NCBI RefSeq assembly: GCF_004010195.1
Contig: NC_057726.1
Span: 68,917,155-68,978,406, forward strand
Length of the DNA: 61,252 nucleotides
Reading direction: 5' to 3'
Source of the DNA: Chiloscyllium plagiosum
Lineage: Eukaryota
Both the position numbers and the translations under genes were made by a program. Below the pieces are notes generated by a model. That model did no database searches. It worked only from the letters and a program-made list of their open reading frames with translations, and was not told the DNA's origin. Below are positions 37,198 to 49,849 of the stretch, piece after piece. Position 1 is the first letter of the stretch. The number at the start of each line of letters is the position of its first letter.

Positions 37198-37298
37198 TCA
37201 GATATTTCCATTTTCTGTATCAAAGATCCACACAAGAATCACTACCGACCCCAACAGCAAACGGAAAAGATTGTTGGTGTTAAAGCGCTTAATAGAAT
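37198..37298 (-). pseudogene. Gene D transmembrane exon, activating type: DSIKRFNTNNLFRLLLGSVVILVWIFDTENGNI*
   Basis: Clear homology to the gene A TM (RFHTINIFRLILGIVV vs RFNTNNLFRLLLGSVV). Weak ccaagag acceptor; short tail ending in TGA. Confidence 0.75.
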
Positions 37299-40200
37299 CT
37301 CTTGGAAGGCAGCACATTGAAGGAGTAAAGGCGTTTATTAAGAAACAATTGAACAATGGAGAATGAATACCGTGAGGTGCATGCTAATCATGTGACCATG
37401 CAGCATCAACTGTAATAGGGAGAGAGAAGCAGGGAGAGAAGGCAATGGAGAGGTAGACCAAGCTGAGCAGGCAGGCTGCGAGAAAAAAATAAGGACGCAA
37501 AAATAGTGTTGAAAAAAATGACAAAAAGGAAGAGGATTTCAAGAGAGGTCAAAAGGAAGAAAGTGAGAGAGATTCAGATTGAAAGACATACAGAAAACCA
37601 ATATCATTGATATGTTGGATATAGGGCTCTTTATTTTAGCTTTTACTTCAGATTCCCATCAGTATTCTTTTTGCATTTCATTTGGGGTTCATTCATTAGC
37701 ACAAAAATCAAATTATTTGGTGCTGGATAGAAAAGGAAGGGGTGCGCAGAAATTGTTTCAATGTGGGCAACCTCAGCCACTCCGCATGTCTACAAGCTGG
37801 AAATTGGTTCTCTAATTCTTTGCAGCCACTTTGCTCTACTGGCAGTGCTTGCAAATTGGCTCCTTGCAGGTAGATTTGGTGAATGTAAGACTAATTAGAT
37901 GTAGTGTTGAATATCTGGATTGAGCATCTATGCAATTTTTTGCAAACTCTGAATCCTTGAAATTCATGCTGCTGGAGCAAACAAACAGTACCAGTATAGA
38001 GTACAGCATTAATATTCTGAAAAATGGATTAGATTTTTAATCCATGGTTAAATAAGGCCAATAGAAGTATTGTACTGTATTTTGCAAGAGCTATACATGT
38101 TATTTGCACATTTATTTAAATATCAATCAAACAACGTCTCCCAATGCACCAGTGGGTGACAATCTTGTATATTTTAATAATCCTTTAGAAAAATAATCTG
38201 CTTAGCTGTACCAGTCATTTCAACTAATTTATTCTAGTTTATTTGTTTCTCCCCTCTGTGTCATTTAGGTTTGCAATCTAAACAGGATAAGTTGCAATGT
38301 TTCATTTTCACTGCTGGATTTTGTTTTTAAAATCGCACCTTTTTTAAAAAAAAAGGTAGGTGTTAAACCGTGATGTTAAATTGATTCACATCTTCACTAA
38401 GTAACATTTGATCCAGCAGGCATTCTCTAATGCGTAATGTATTACGGATGGGTGCACATCTAACACACACACAAGCATTGTTTAGCATCCATCTGGAAAA
38501 AAAAGTCATTTTCCATTTAAGTGGGTATGGCGTGTCGATATATTTTGCTTCTTTTGCATACAATTACAATGACACACATGTTTTCAGCTGTTTTACGGAT
38601 GTTCCATTGACTTTAATGTTTTTAATGTTTTTATCCATCAGGCATAGAAAAATGACCCACGTCATGATTGCTAATCTAATGTGTAGTGTTGCACAGAGAG
38701 ATTGATATTATATAAATATACTTACGGACACGAAGAAAATAGGAGCAAGAATAGGATATTCGATCATTCACGACTGCTCTACATTTAGTGTGGTCACGGT
38801 TGATCAGTCAATTCAGCACCCTGTTCTCACTTTCGCCCCTTACTCTTTGATCCCTTCAGCCCTAAGAACTATATTGAAATGATTTTTTTTTGAAATCGTT
38901 CAACATTTTGGCTGGAACCACTTCCTTTGGCAAAGACCTTTGTAGGCTCAATATGCGCTGAGTGATGACATATTTCGTCATTGCTGAGTGAATAATACCG
39001 CATCCTTAAACTGGGACACCTGAATGTGGACTACCTACTTATCTGGAACTTGCTTTCTGTCCATTGGTATTTGAATTCTATACGTTTCTATGAGAGTCCC
39101 GCTTCATTGTTCAAATTCCAGTGACTATAATCTTTTAGCACTTTTCTGGCCCACAAGCGATCCCAAACAAGGACATTAGGAAACAATGAAATACGAGTGA
39201 AGTGCAGTTAGTTGCATAATCTTGAGAAGTGCATTTCAAATAAACTCCACAAGCTGCAATTCAGCATCAATCAGGTTTATGTTTTGGTCATCTTGACTGA
39301 AGAATTAGTATTGACCAGACCACCTACTTAACGCCCGGGTCTTCATCAAAAAACAGCCCATAGGACCAACAGCGACATCCATTCTAAGGCCGAAGGATAC
39401 AAATACCCCATCTGTTCTATACTCCACTCCTTCCTCATCCCCAAGTTTGGAACTAATAAACCCTTGTCCTCTCTCCCTGGAAGCACAGCTCCATCCTCAT
39501 TGGCTACTGCACCATACAACTTCACCACTTGTCCTTCTCTCCTCTTGGGAGTCAGCATACCCTCAACCGTCGGCACCAGGCGCCTCTATATTCCAGAGAA
39601 CTGACACTTTTCCTCCCCTCTGCTGGCCCCAAATACCTTTCCCAATCCTGACAATCCATTCTCAATAGGAACTTACACATCTACTCCCACTGCTGTCCGA
39701 TTGACCCCCCAGGATCCTCCTTGCCGAACAGGACACTGGACCCGACTCTCTGCCCATAGGAGTCTGTCCAAAACATTTCATCACTTACTTGGCACACTTA
39801 ACACATGGTACTCTCTTTACTCTATTTGCATGGCACTCTAATTACATTCCACCCTACTTAGCTTGCAACTGTCCTATCTGACACACAGACATCCTATCCA
39901 ATTAGCAATCTGGCATGTGAACGCACTTGGATTCTTATGCACTTGGCCCCCATCCTACCTTGTATTCTCACCTTGCACTTATTACATCAGTTATTGTATC
40001 CAGCGGATCTGTCAAAGTGGCTGTCTGTACTGCTCAGTATTTAGATGACATGAAAATATAACAACTGCCATGAACAGGGTATATGGTTTTTCTTCCCAAC
40101 AATTTTCTTGATTATGAGGAGCGATTAAACTTATTCTCCCTATTTCTGCAGGATTCCTAATCAAAATCTCCTACCAGAAGTGCGAAGCACTTTCTTCATG

Positions 40201-40440
40201 TAAATCATATGAGTAATCTGGCAATCTAACTATGATTAATACTCATCAGAATATTCAATGTATCTATCCATGCAATTCATCAAAGAACTCTTGGCACAGC
40301 AGTGGGTACAGTTACGCTGTTCTGACATATGGTGTTAAGACATTTCACTTGCATGATATTGAAGTTTAAAAAGAGACACATAAATAGACAAAAATAAGCA
40401 TGGAACAGTTCAATGGCTTGTTGAGATTTGAGATACTTAC

Positions 40441-40715
40441 CTTGAAGCAGATCTGCGCAATTATTGCTGGCTGGGGCCTCAAGTGATACATGAGAAACTT
40501 GGCATGTATAAGTTGACCAGCTATCCATTTGAAGCTGGCAACTTCAAATAAACCCTTCCCCTTTCGTCTTTTCATAGTGTTCATTCCAGATGTAATCTCT
40601 GTGTCATTTTTATATCAAGTGAGGTTGAAGTCTTCAGGCAAGAAGCCAGCTGTTTTGCAGAGGAACGTGAGGGTTGGAGAGGGTAGCCGAGTAATTGTCA
40701 CTGGAGTCGGTGGCA
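40441..40715 (-). pseudogene. Gene D C1-set exon, disabled
   Basis: Splice sites intact (ttcttag|, G|gtaagt), but the invariant Trp is TGA (40617-40615; LT*YKN) and the length is 275 nt (net -7, frameshift before STYTCQVSHVSL). Confidence 0.9.
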
Positions 40716-41001
40716 CTAAGAATTAGTTAATGGAAATAAGTCGTTATCAATTACGTTATTTATTATGTATGTATTCCGTGAATACATGAAAACAAACATA
40801 CCCTTCTTTTCTGGTAAATACATGAGTATTTGAGTATATATGAGTACATTATGCCTATCACAATCAGCTTTATTTACTTGAAACGGAAATGTAATTTTTA
40901 TGTATTCTGGTCTTGAACTAATTTTAACTGCGGTAACATCATTTCTAAACTGAAACACACTGAAGTCTCAGTTAAACTTTTTTTTGATAATTTTGATAAT
41001 T

Positions 41002-41455
41002 GGGCGGCACAATGGCACAGTGGTTAGCACTGCTGCCTCACAGCGCCAGAGTTCCAGGTTCAATTCCCACCTCAGGCAACTGTCTGTGTGGAGTTTGCGC
41101 ATTCTCCCCGTGTCTGCATGAGTTTCCTCCGAGTGCTCTGGTTTCCTCCCACAATCCAAAAAAAATGTGCAGATTAGGTGAATTGGCCTTGCTAAATTGC
41201 CCATAGTGTTTGGTGAAGGGGTAAGTGTAGGGGAATGGGTCTGGGTGTGTTGTTCTTTGGCGGGTTGGTGTGGACCTGTTGGGCCAAAGTGAGGGGCCTT
41301 TGCCCAAAACGTCGATTTTGCTGCTCCTCGGATGCTGCCTGAACTGCTGTGCTCTTCCAGCACCACTAATCCAAAATCTGGTTTCCAGCATCTGCAGTCA
41401 TTGTTTTTACCTTGTTGGGTCGAAGGGCCTGTTTCCACACTGTAAGTAATCTAAT
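41002..41455 (+). mobile_element. HE1-like V-SINE carrying a nested ~120-bp PLE terminal fragment (~41290-41410)
   Basis: Full SINE head, V-domain and tail. The insert is flanked by a degenerate duplicate of the SINE sequence (tgttgggccaaag / tgttgggtcgaag). Confidence 0.85.
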
Positions 41456-42089
41456 CTTCATTCGTGATATCTGCGATCTATATTCTTTAAAGATACCCAT
41501 GACCATGTTTGACAGGCTTCCATAACACAATCATGGAATGAATATACTTATCCTACAGGCACTTTGTATTTCTATTGGTAATCTTTAAATCATATACTGT
41601 ACATATCTTTCAAATATTTTCCACTGGTCACCGCTTTGGTCCTCATAACATAGGCTTCATTTCATCTTGGCACTTCGTATTTGCTGCAATTTTATTTGTT
41701 ATACATTCACTCATAAATAAAATAATTCTCATCAAATTGTGCGGAGACACTATGACACACTACTGAATCATGAGGAACTTGAAACCAGGTCTCCTGGTTC
41801 AGTGCCTCAGACCATTCTGACACAAGAATCCCATCTTTTCTATTCTTTTATCTTTGATTTTTTTCCTAATCAGCCTATTCAGAAATGTTATTACACGTTT
41901 GCTGAAAAGTTACGACTTGAACCGGGATGTATTTGTCCAAAGATCGGGAATACTACCACCAAGCCAAAAAAAAGCCCCTCGTTTAGCTATTCTTAACCGA
42001 TCACAAAAATGGACATTAGGACAAACGTTTCGTTAATATTTCAAATTAAATTGTCTTTAATTTCCTCACTGATAAATCCCAGGTGAGGA

Positions 42090-42598
42090 AATGAGTCAAT
42101 GACTAACTAACAGACGGGGCTTTCGGGAAGAGGGGGTGAGGTACAACCGGAGCGCAGTACATCATCATTGGCATGACCTTGGGAAATAAGTCACACGTTG
42201 ATCTCAGAAATAAAATATTCTGATAAAGCAACAAGTAGTGCTCTTGTAGTTTTGGCAAAACAGCATGAGGAATTAACCGCTCTTATTACACTTGAGATTA
42301 GATTCTGAAAATAAATTCAGGTAGCATCCCAGGAGCAGGAGAATCGACGTTAAGGGCATACGCCCGTCATCGGAAATGCTGCCTGAACTCATTTTCAGAA
42401 TCTAACCACAACTGTAATAACTGCAGATAATTCCTCATGATGTTCTGCCAAAGATCACTAATTGTTGCTTTATCAGAATATGTTATTTCCGAGATCAACG
42501 TGTAATTTATTTCTCAAGGTCATGTCAATAATGAAGCACTGTTCTCCCCACCCCCACCCCCACGCCAACCCCATTTGTTAGTTACTCATTAACTCATT
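42090..42598. repeat. Long imperfect inverted repeat (~220-240-bp arms, ~45-bp spacer)
   Basis: For example catgaccttgggaaataagtcacacgttgatctcagaaataaaatattctgataaagcaac (42173-) pairs with gttgctttatcagaatatgttatttccgagatcaacgtgtaatttatttctcaaggtcatg (-42524). Confidence 0.85.
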
Positions 42599-44199
42599 AT
42601 AGTATTAGATTCAAAAACAAAATCTCCACCTCCCAATGAGCATGCTATCCTCACGGTCTCAGGGGTGATTATGTTCGCTTGTGTTCTCCTCATGGCCTTG
42701 CTTCCCTATTTTGCTTGCCATCCGTCCTGTCCCGAATGTCTTATAAATTGGAATTAGGCTGCTTCTGTGCAATTCTGCACAAGTCTCAGACTGAATTGAA
42801 ACAGCAGATATAATAGTCTAAGACTGGGTTCTGCTGGATTGAAAGGACTCCACATCTAGTGTTTGAAAAACCAGTCTTCAAGAAGGAAGAAGACCAGGAG
42901 AGTACACAGAAATAAATCTGAAAGCGGAAGTCGGTTTTACCACCGGAAATGAATCCATCAATTGTAATTTCAGTAAATTCCCATTAGAATTGATGTCTGC
43001 ACATCCCGAAATATATATGACAAACGCAGCCTGGTAAACAAAATCAAATTGCAAACGCACCACGGATAATGGAAACAACTCGATTATCACGGTAAAACTA
43101 ATGTCGGCAAGTATCAATGAAATCCGTTATAAGTAAACACGCTGATCATTTCATGGCATTAATTGTGCTGCAACATATTTTCCAGCATTGATTCTGTTAT
43201 CACTTCGTTATCTCTGGAGTTATCAGCTTTCTTTTTTTCTCCATTTACCCCTTGTGTGCAATTTCTGTTTTGATTTTCTGTCAATAACTGACGATGTCAT
43301 TGTTGTTTCCGAGGTTTGATTGAGCGAGATGTTGGGGAAATATTATATTGATCTCCTGAATGTGGGAACAGCTCAGGTTCGCCGATACGACGAAGCAATA
43401 CAAACAACATTCTACTCAGAAAGTAATGTATACATCCTTTACAAATTTATATTAGATTCCCTACAGATTCCCTAAAGTCCGACATCGCGTGACACCAGGT
43501 TATAGTCCAACAGTTCTCTTCAAAATCAATTTTTTTCGGAGCGATATCCTTCACCAGCTCAAGTCAACTGAAGGAGCAGCGCTCTGAAAACTTGTGGGTT
43601 TAAGTAAACCGGTTGGACTGGTGTCGTGTGACTTCTGACTTTGTCCACCCCAATCCAACACCGGTGTCGCCAGGTATATGCAAACAATTGCAGTCCACAC
43701 CGTGGTCAAAACTCAAAATCAGTCCCCACGGTTTCGCATACAACAGATGTGAAATCCGTCAGCTGTGAAGTGCAGCAGTCCCATCGCTTCAAACCGAGTT
43801 ATCATCCTGACTGGCAAATATATTAGTCCCCTTTAATTAATTCCTACCAGATCATAAACCTGGAGTTTCAAACCTGACCGGCTGATGTTCGCAACTTCCA
43901 GACCCGCGGCTCAAAGATAAGGGGACAGGGAGGACGAGAGGGTGCGAGATTGGAGCAAACATCTTTTTCAAGAAAAATAAGGATAAACATATAATGCTTT
44001 CCGCGTCAATGACACTATTAGGCAGATAATTAGTTGTGAAAAATAAGAGATATGCAACATAACGACAGTCCGTGGATAGCAATAATCATATAATAATGAT
44101 AATGTCAACCGTTTGGTCTAGTTTGTGGTAAACGGATCAGCTCTGTGTTGTCATGAGACGCTGAAAGAATTTGAAAATAAGCACACAAAACAGAACTGG

Positions 44200-44935
44200 A
44201 AGAAAACATCCTATCGGTAAATCTTTGGTAAATGAGAGGTGCTGCATTTTGGAAGGCAAATAGGGCAGGATTTATGCAGTTATTATTAAGGTCCTGGGGT
44301 ATGTTGCTGAACAAAGTGACTTAGGAGTGCAGGTTGTTAGTTCCTTGAAGGTGGAGTCACAGGAAGACAGGATAGCGAAGAAGGCGTTTGGTTTGCTTGC
44401 CTTTATTGGTCAGGGCATTGAGCATCAGACGTGGGAGGTAATGTTGCGGCTGGACGGAACACTGGTTAGCGCACTTTTAGAGTACTGCGTTCAATTCTGA
44501 TCTCTGCTATAGGAAGGATGTAGTGAAACTTGAAAGGATTCAGAAAAGAATTACGAGGATGTTGCCAGTGTTGGACAGTTTGAGGCACAGCGAGAGGCTA
44601 GACAGGCTGGGGTTATTTGCCCTGGAGAGCAAAGGCTGAGAGGTGATATTATAACAGCATGAGGGGCACGGATAGCATCAACACACAATGGCCTTTCCAT
44701 GGTGGGGGAGTCCAAAACTAGAGACCATAAGTTCAAGGTGAGAGGGGAAAGATTTAAAAGAGACGTGAAGGATAACTTTTTCATACATAGGATGGTGTGA
44801 GTATGGAAGGAGCTGCCAGAGGAAGTGGTGGAGGCTGGTACAATGATGACATTTAAAAGGTATCTGGATTGGTATATGAATAGGAAGAGTTTCCATTGAT
44901 CCGGGCCAAATTCTAGCAAATGGGACTAGATTTGT
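44200..44935 (+). mobile_element. CR1-type LINE 3' fragment
   Basis: gctgcattttggaagg, gagtactgcgttcaattct, gagctgccagaggaagtggtggagg. Confidence 0.85.
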
Positions 44936-44941
44936 TTAAAC

Positions 44942-46125
44942 AGAACATAGAACATAGAACAATACAGCACACTTTTAGAGTACTGCGTTCAGAACAGGCC
45001 CTTCGGCCCACGATGTTGTGCCGAACATTTGTCCTAGCTTAAGCACCCATCCGTGTACCTATCCAATTGCTGCTTAAAGGTCGCCAATGATTCTGACTCT
45101 GCCACTCCCACAAGCAGCGCATTCCATGCCCCCACCACTCTCTGGGTAAAGAACCTACCGCTGACATCCCCCCTATACCTTCCAGCCTTCACCTTAAATT
45201 TATGTCCCCTCTGTTGTATCCAGGGAAAAAGTTTCTGACTGTCTACTCTATCTATTCCTCTGATCAGCTCATAAACCTCTATCAAGTCACCCCTCATTCT
45301 TCGCCGTTCCAATGAGAAAAGGCCTAGCACTCTCAATCTATCCTTGTACGACCTATTCTCCATTCCAGGCAATATTCTGGCAAATCTTCTCTGCACCCTC
45401 TCCAAAGCTTCCACATCTTTCCTAACGTGAGGCGACCAAAACTGCACACAGTACTCCAAATGTGGCCTAACCAAGGTCCTGTACAGCTGCAACATCACTT
45501 CACGACTCTTGAATTCAATCCCTCTGCTAATGAATGCTAATACACCATAGGCCTTCTTACAAGCTCTATCCACTTGAGTGGCAACTTTCAAAGATCTATG
45601 AACATAGACCCCAAGATCCCTCTGCTCCTCCACCTTCCTAAGAACCCTACCGTTAACCCTGTATTCCGCATTCTTATTTGTCCTTCCAAAATGGACAACC
45701 TCACACTTAACAGGGTTGAACTCCATCTGCCACTCCTCAGCCCAACTCTGCATCATATCTAAGTCCCTTTGAAGACAACAACAGCCCTCCTCACTATCTA
45801 CAAATCCACCAATCTTCGTATCATCTTCAAATTTACTGACCCACCCTTCGACTCCCTCTTCCAAGTCATTAATAAAAATTACAAACAGCAGAGGACCCAG
45901 AACTGATCCCTGCAGAACTCCACTTGTAACTGTGCTCCAGGCTGAATATTTACTATCTACCACCACTCTCTGGTTTCGACCGGTTAGCCAGTTTTGTATC
46001 CAACTGGCCGAATTTCCCTCTATCCCATGCCTCCTGACTTTCCGCATAAGGCTACCATGGGGAACCTTATCAAATGCCTTACTAAAATCCATGTACACTA
46101 CATCCACTGCTCTACCCACATCCAC
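44942..46125 (-). mobile_element. Young CR1-type LINE, 5'-truncated, with an uninterrupted RT C-terminal frame (45034-46152)
   Basis: VVYMDFSKAFDKVPH, SGVLQGSVLGP, SKFEDDTKI, WQMEFN, RPHLEYCVQFWSP; (agaacat)n tail. Confidence 0.95.
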
Positions 46126-46443
46126 ATCCACATTAGTCCCAAATCTAAACAAATTGTTGTGTCTCTTCTGTCAGTCCATTGTTTCTGAGTGTGCATTCTA
46201 GTGCTGCTAGGAAGTCTGCTGTCTTGGCGTCCCTGTGTTTGTAGCTGAGTCCCTTGGCTAGTATTGTTCCTTCCGTGTCTGTGAGCTGACTGTGGGAGAG
46301 GTTTCTAACCCAGGCATGGATGTGTTGGATCGAAGGGTAAGTTTCATGCTGTACAGGTCTATGAGTCTGTGACTCTATGGTCTTAGCAGCTGCTATTCGC
46401 TGATATGATTTACGTGGTCCATTGTTTCCGCAGTGTCACGCAC

Positions 46444-46758
46444 TGTGAACAATAAGCTCAGTCCCACCACCATTGGAAATCTTTCCTCCCCCTTCAGTAA
46501 TGCTGCAGTAATACACGCAGGAATCTTCGAAACTCACATTCATCAGGTGAAACTCGGAACCTTCTTGCCTGTGTGACATTATCATTTTGTCCTTGGACGG
46601 AGCCAAACTGTTGTCTTGGCCATTTCTTCTCCAAGAGAAGTACCCCTTTGCGCCGGGAAGGAAAAGTGTCACCGAGCAATTCATGGATATATTAGCACCT
46701 TTCAGCGCAGTCACACGACTGGGGAGCTGATGCACTGTCTGATTGTTCACTTCAGTAG
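46444..46758 (-). pseudogene. Gene D V(J)-type exon (frame open; orthologous acceptor mutated)
   Basis: TTEVNNQTVHQLP..KGANISMNC..FSWRR..DSCVYYC..NGGGTELIVH; donor A|gtgcgt. The acceptor position reads ctgtcAA instead of AG. Confidence 0.88.
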
Positions 46759-46955
46759 TTGACAGAAATAAAGTGAAACGGAAATAATGGGCAGAATTAA
46801 TAATGACAAGATATGTTCGAAAGAAAGAAGCAATGCATATGGAACACAACAAAACCACGGAAAACGACAATAAGCGATGGAGGTTAGATCTACATCATTC
46901 CCATTCCTATTTAACAGGCAGGTGTACAAACACAACTCTATAAATATCTGCCTAC

Positions 46956-47010
46956 ATGAGTAAATAATGCCTGACACTGACAGGTACCAGAGTACAGCAG
47001 ATGCAGACAT
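46956..47010 (-). pseudogene. Gene D leader exon MSASAVLWYLSVSGIIYS
   Basis: 55 nt, phase-1 donor T|gtaggc, 197 bp from V; homologous to the gene A leader. Confidence 0.75.
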
Positions 47011-47528
47011 TCTCTGCAAAGAAGTAGGCCACACTTCTTGCTGAAAGGTACTGACGCCTGCGAGAATGGAAATATTTGAAAGTGGCTCGGTATTTGGCGT
47101 GCTGCAATGTGATGCTAAACATTGTAGCAGAAGTGGCAAATGGTCATGATTCCAACTTTACTTTCGAGCTGAGAAGATTGAAAGGAAGCTGAAGCCAGTT
47201 CAGTGTTGTTCAAGAGCACTTGTGCATTGCTGCTTCATGTTTCCGCATAAATGCAGCTCTTAAGTATTTGCAAATGAGATATTTAGCGTATGGGTACGTC
47301 TGTGCGGGCACAGTGAAGACTCGGTGGCTCCAATCTCAGTGTTGCTTGATCTGGACTATTCCAACCATCAAACAGACACTTTGAGTTGTTTGTGTCTTTT
47401 TCTATTGAAGCCACAGTGCATGGGTTTAAGATAAAACTGCTGGAAAGGGAGCTTTGAATGTATTAGGCTTTTGGGTCTTCAATCAAACCGATAGAATTCA
47501 TATCATGAATCTTCAGCACTTGTAAAAA

Positions 47529-49165
47529 TTCAAAGTTTGTGCGAAGATTTGTAGCTCGCGTGCTCGTTGTTGTGGTTCTGTCCCGGTTGCAACACAAATT
47601 CCCCGCTCGGTGAACAGAACCATAACAATGAGCACCCGAGCTACAAATCTTCGCCAAACTTTGAACACCTACGGGCGAGAGACGCTAAGACAAGCCAGGA
47701 AATGAGAATCCTGTGCCAACCGCCTAAGCACCACATACAAACAACTCTGATTCCTGCACCAATGCCGAAAGAATCGAATCCTTCCAGCATGTGTCAGATA
47801 CAGACCACAAGTCAACAACCCACAAGCCAGAGACACAGCCAGACAGAAAGGATTCAGGATGATCCAGGTAATGATTACAGACAAACACAACAGACTACAC
47901 AAATACAGACAAGAAATTGGTCGCCAAAAATCGTTAATTTCAAAAACCACCAATCAGGAATGGACCCGGACCATAGAACAGGCCGTCACCATAGGACAGA
48001 ACAGGAACACACACCGCAAAAAAAGGCACTAAAAGAAAAAATGGCCGAACTAACACACAACAGAGAGAACACCACAACACATACCTGGGTTAGAAACCTC
48101 TCCCACAGACAGCTCACAGACACGGAGGAACAATACTAGCCAAGGAACTCAACTACAACCACAGGGACGCCAAGACAGCAGACTTCCTAGCAGCACTAGA
48201 ATGACAACACACTTCACATTCAACAACCAAATATATGAACAAATCCACGACACACTCATGGACTCACCCATCCCTGGACTCATAGCAGAAGCTGTAATGC
48301 AAAGATTAGAACAAACAGTCTGACCGCAAATTCAACTTAACTCTGGGTCAGATATGTGGGTGACACCTTTGTAATAATTAAAAACACAGAAATAGAGAAC
48401 ACACACCGGATCATCAACGCCACACTCACAGGAATCCGATTCACTAGAGAGGAAGAAAAGGACAACCAACTCCCATTCCTATACGTGATGGTACAGAGAA
48501 CACTGAACGGTGAATTCACCACAATGGTATACAGGAAAGCCACACACACAGACCAAGTCCTGAACTACGAAAGCAACCACCCCAACACACACAAAAGAAG
48601 TTTTATCAAGACACTGTTCGAAAGGGCCACAACACACTGCAGCACACCAGAACTGCAAAAAGAGGAAGAAGAACATCTCTACAATGTATTCGCCAAAAAC
48701 GGATACCCCCAAAATTTCATCAACAGATGCCTAAAGGAAAGAGTTCGGAATGAGGACATGCCACAACCCAAAGGACTAGCCACTTTACCATACATCAAGA
48801 ACATTTCTGAACTGACAGCCAGACTACTACGACCACTAGAACTCATAACAGCACACAAACCAACAGCCACTCTCAGACAACAACTCACCAGGACAAAGAC
48901 CCGATACCCAGCATGAGCAAAACCAAGGTAATATACAAAATCCCATGCAAGGACTGCACAAAACACTACATAGGACAAACAGGAAGACAGCTAACGATCC
49001 GCATCCATGAACACCGACTAGCCACAAAACGACACGACCAGCTATCCTTAGTAGTCACACACGTAGATGACAAGCAACATGAGTTTGACTGGGCCAACAC
49101 TACTATTATAGGACAAGAATGCAACACAAATTCCTAGCTTGGCGAACAGAACCACAACAACTTTT
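47529..49165 (+). mobile_element. Penelope-like element (RT + GIY-YIG endonuclease), frameshifted
   Basis: RYVGDTFVI, LPFLYVMV, VYRKATHTD, VIYKIPCKDCTKHYIGQTGRQL (GIY-YIG). Inverted terminal copy at 47529-47580 vs 47615-47665 and direct repeat at ~49120-49160. Confidence 0.9.
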
Positions 49166-49849
49166 AAAAATATGTGGTTTTCAAACGGTAATCCCCATTT
49201 GCTAATTCTGCCGTGGAACTATCTCGCATTGATGCCCAATGGGTGACTGATGCTGACTGGTTTGTTTAGTTGGTGGCCTAATTCTGCAGTGCATTGTCCG
49301 GTAGCGATGATTCATGATCCTGCTGGTAACTAGCTGATGTTGGTGTTGACCCTGCGATGGCGTGACTGACGATCGAATGCTGTTTCAATCTCGAGAAGAT
49401 GGCTGTGGCTGCTAATTAAATATTTTCTGATGTGCATGTGCTTTGGACGTTGATGAAGGGATGATGCTGGTGAATAATTGATTGTTATTGCAGACTGAGT
49501 ATTGAGCTACTGGCAAGTTATTACTGTTGATAATCATGTGCATTTCGGTTATGTTATTATGACTGTTTAATCGGCGAGTGACTGATTATTTACGCTTCAG
49601 ATGGGATACTGCAGATCGTCATTCACAGATACCTCTCCTTGCTGCTGATGTTACTCCTCGACCATTTCCTGAAGTTACTAGGAATTCTGAATGAGCGTTA
49701 AGGCTGATGGCTTCTACTGATAATCACAATATATAATTGTTTGTGACTGGATGATGCTAATTCTAATGAATGCGTGGATTAATCTCTTTACTGTCAAAGT
49801 CAATGTCTGTGCTGGTGACTGGTTAAAGTGATAGTCAGTAGTTTTAGGT

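Noticed and set aside
45034-46152. 372-aa ORF as a host gene
   Set aside because: It is the RT C-terminal part of a 5'-truncated CR1 LINE.
46420-46447. RSS-like heptamer CACAGTG at the 3' end of the gene D V exon (CACGGTG in gene A)
   Set aside because: It arises from the His codon plus the splice donor and lies after the J-like strand rather than after YYC. The sequence at the 12-bp nonamer position (gaaacaatg) matches only 4/9.
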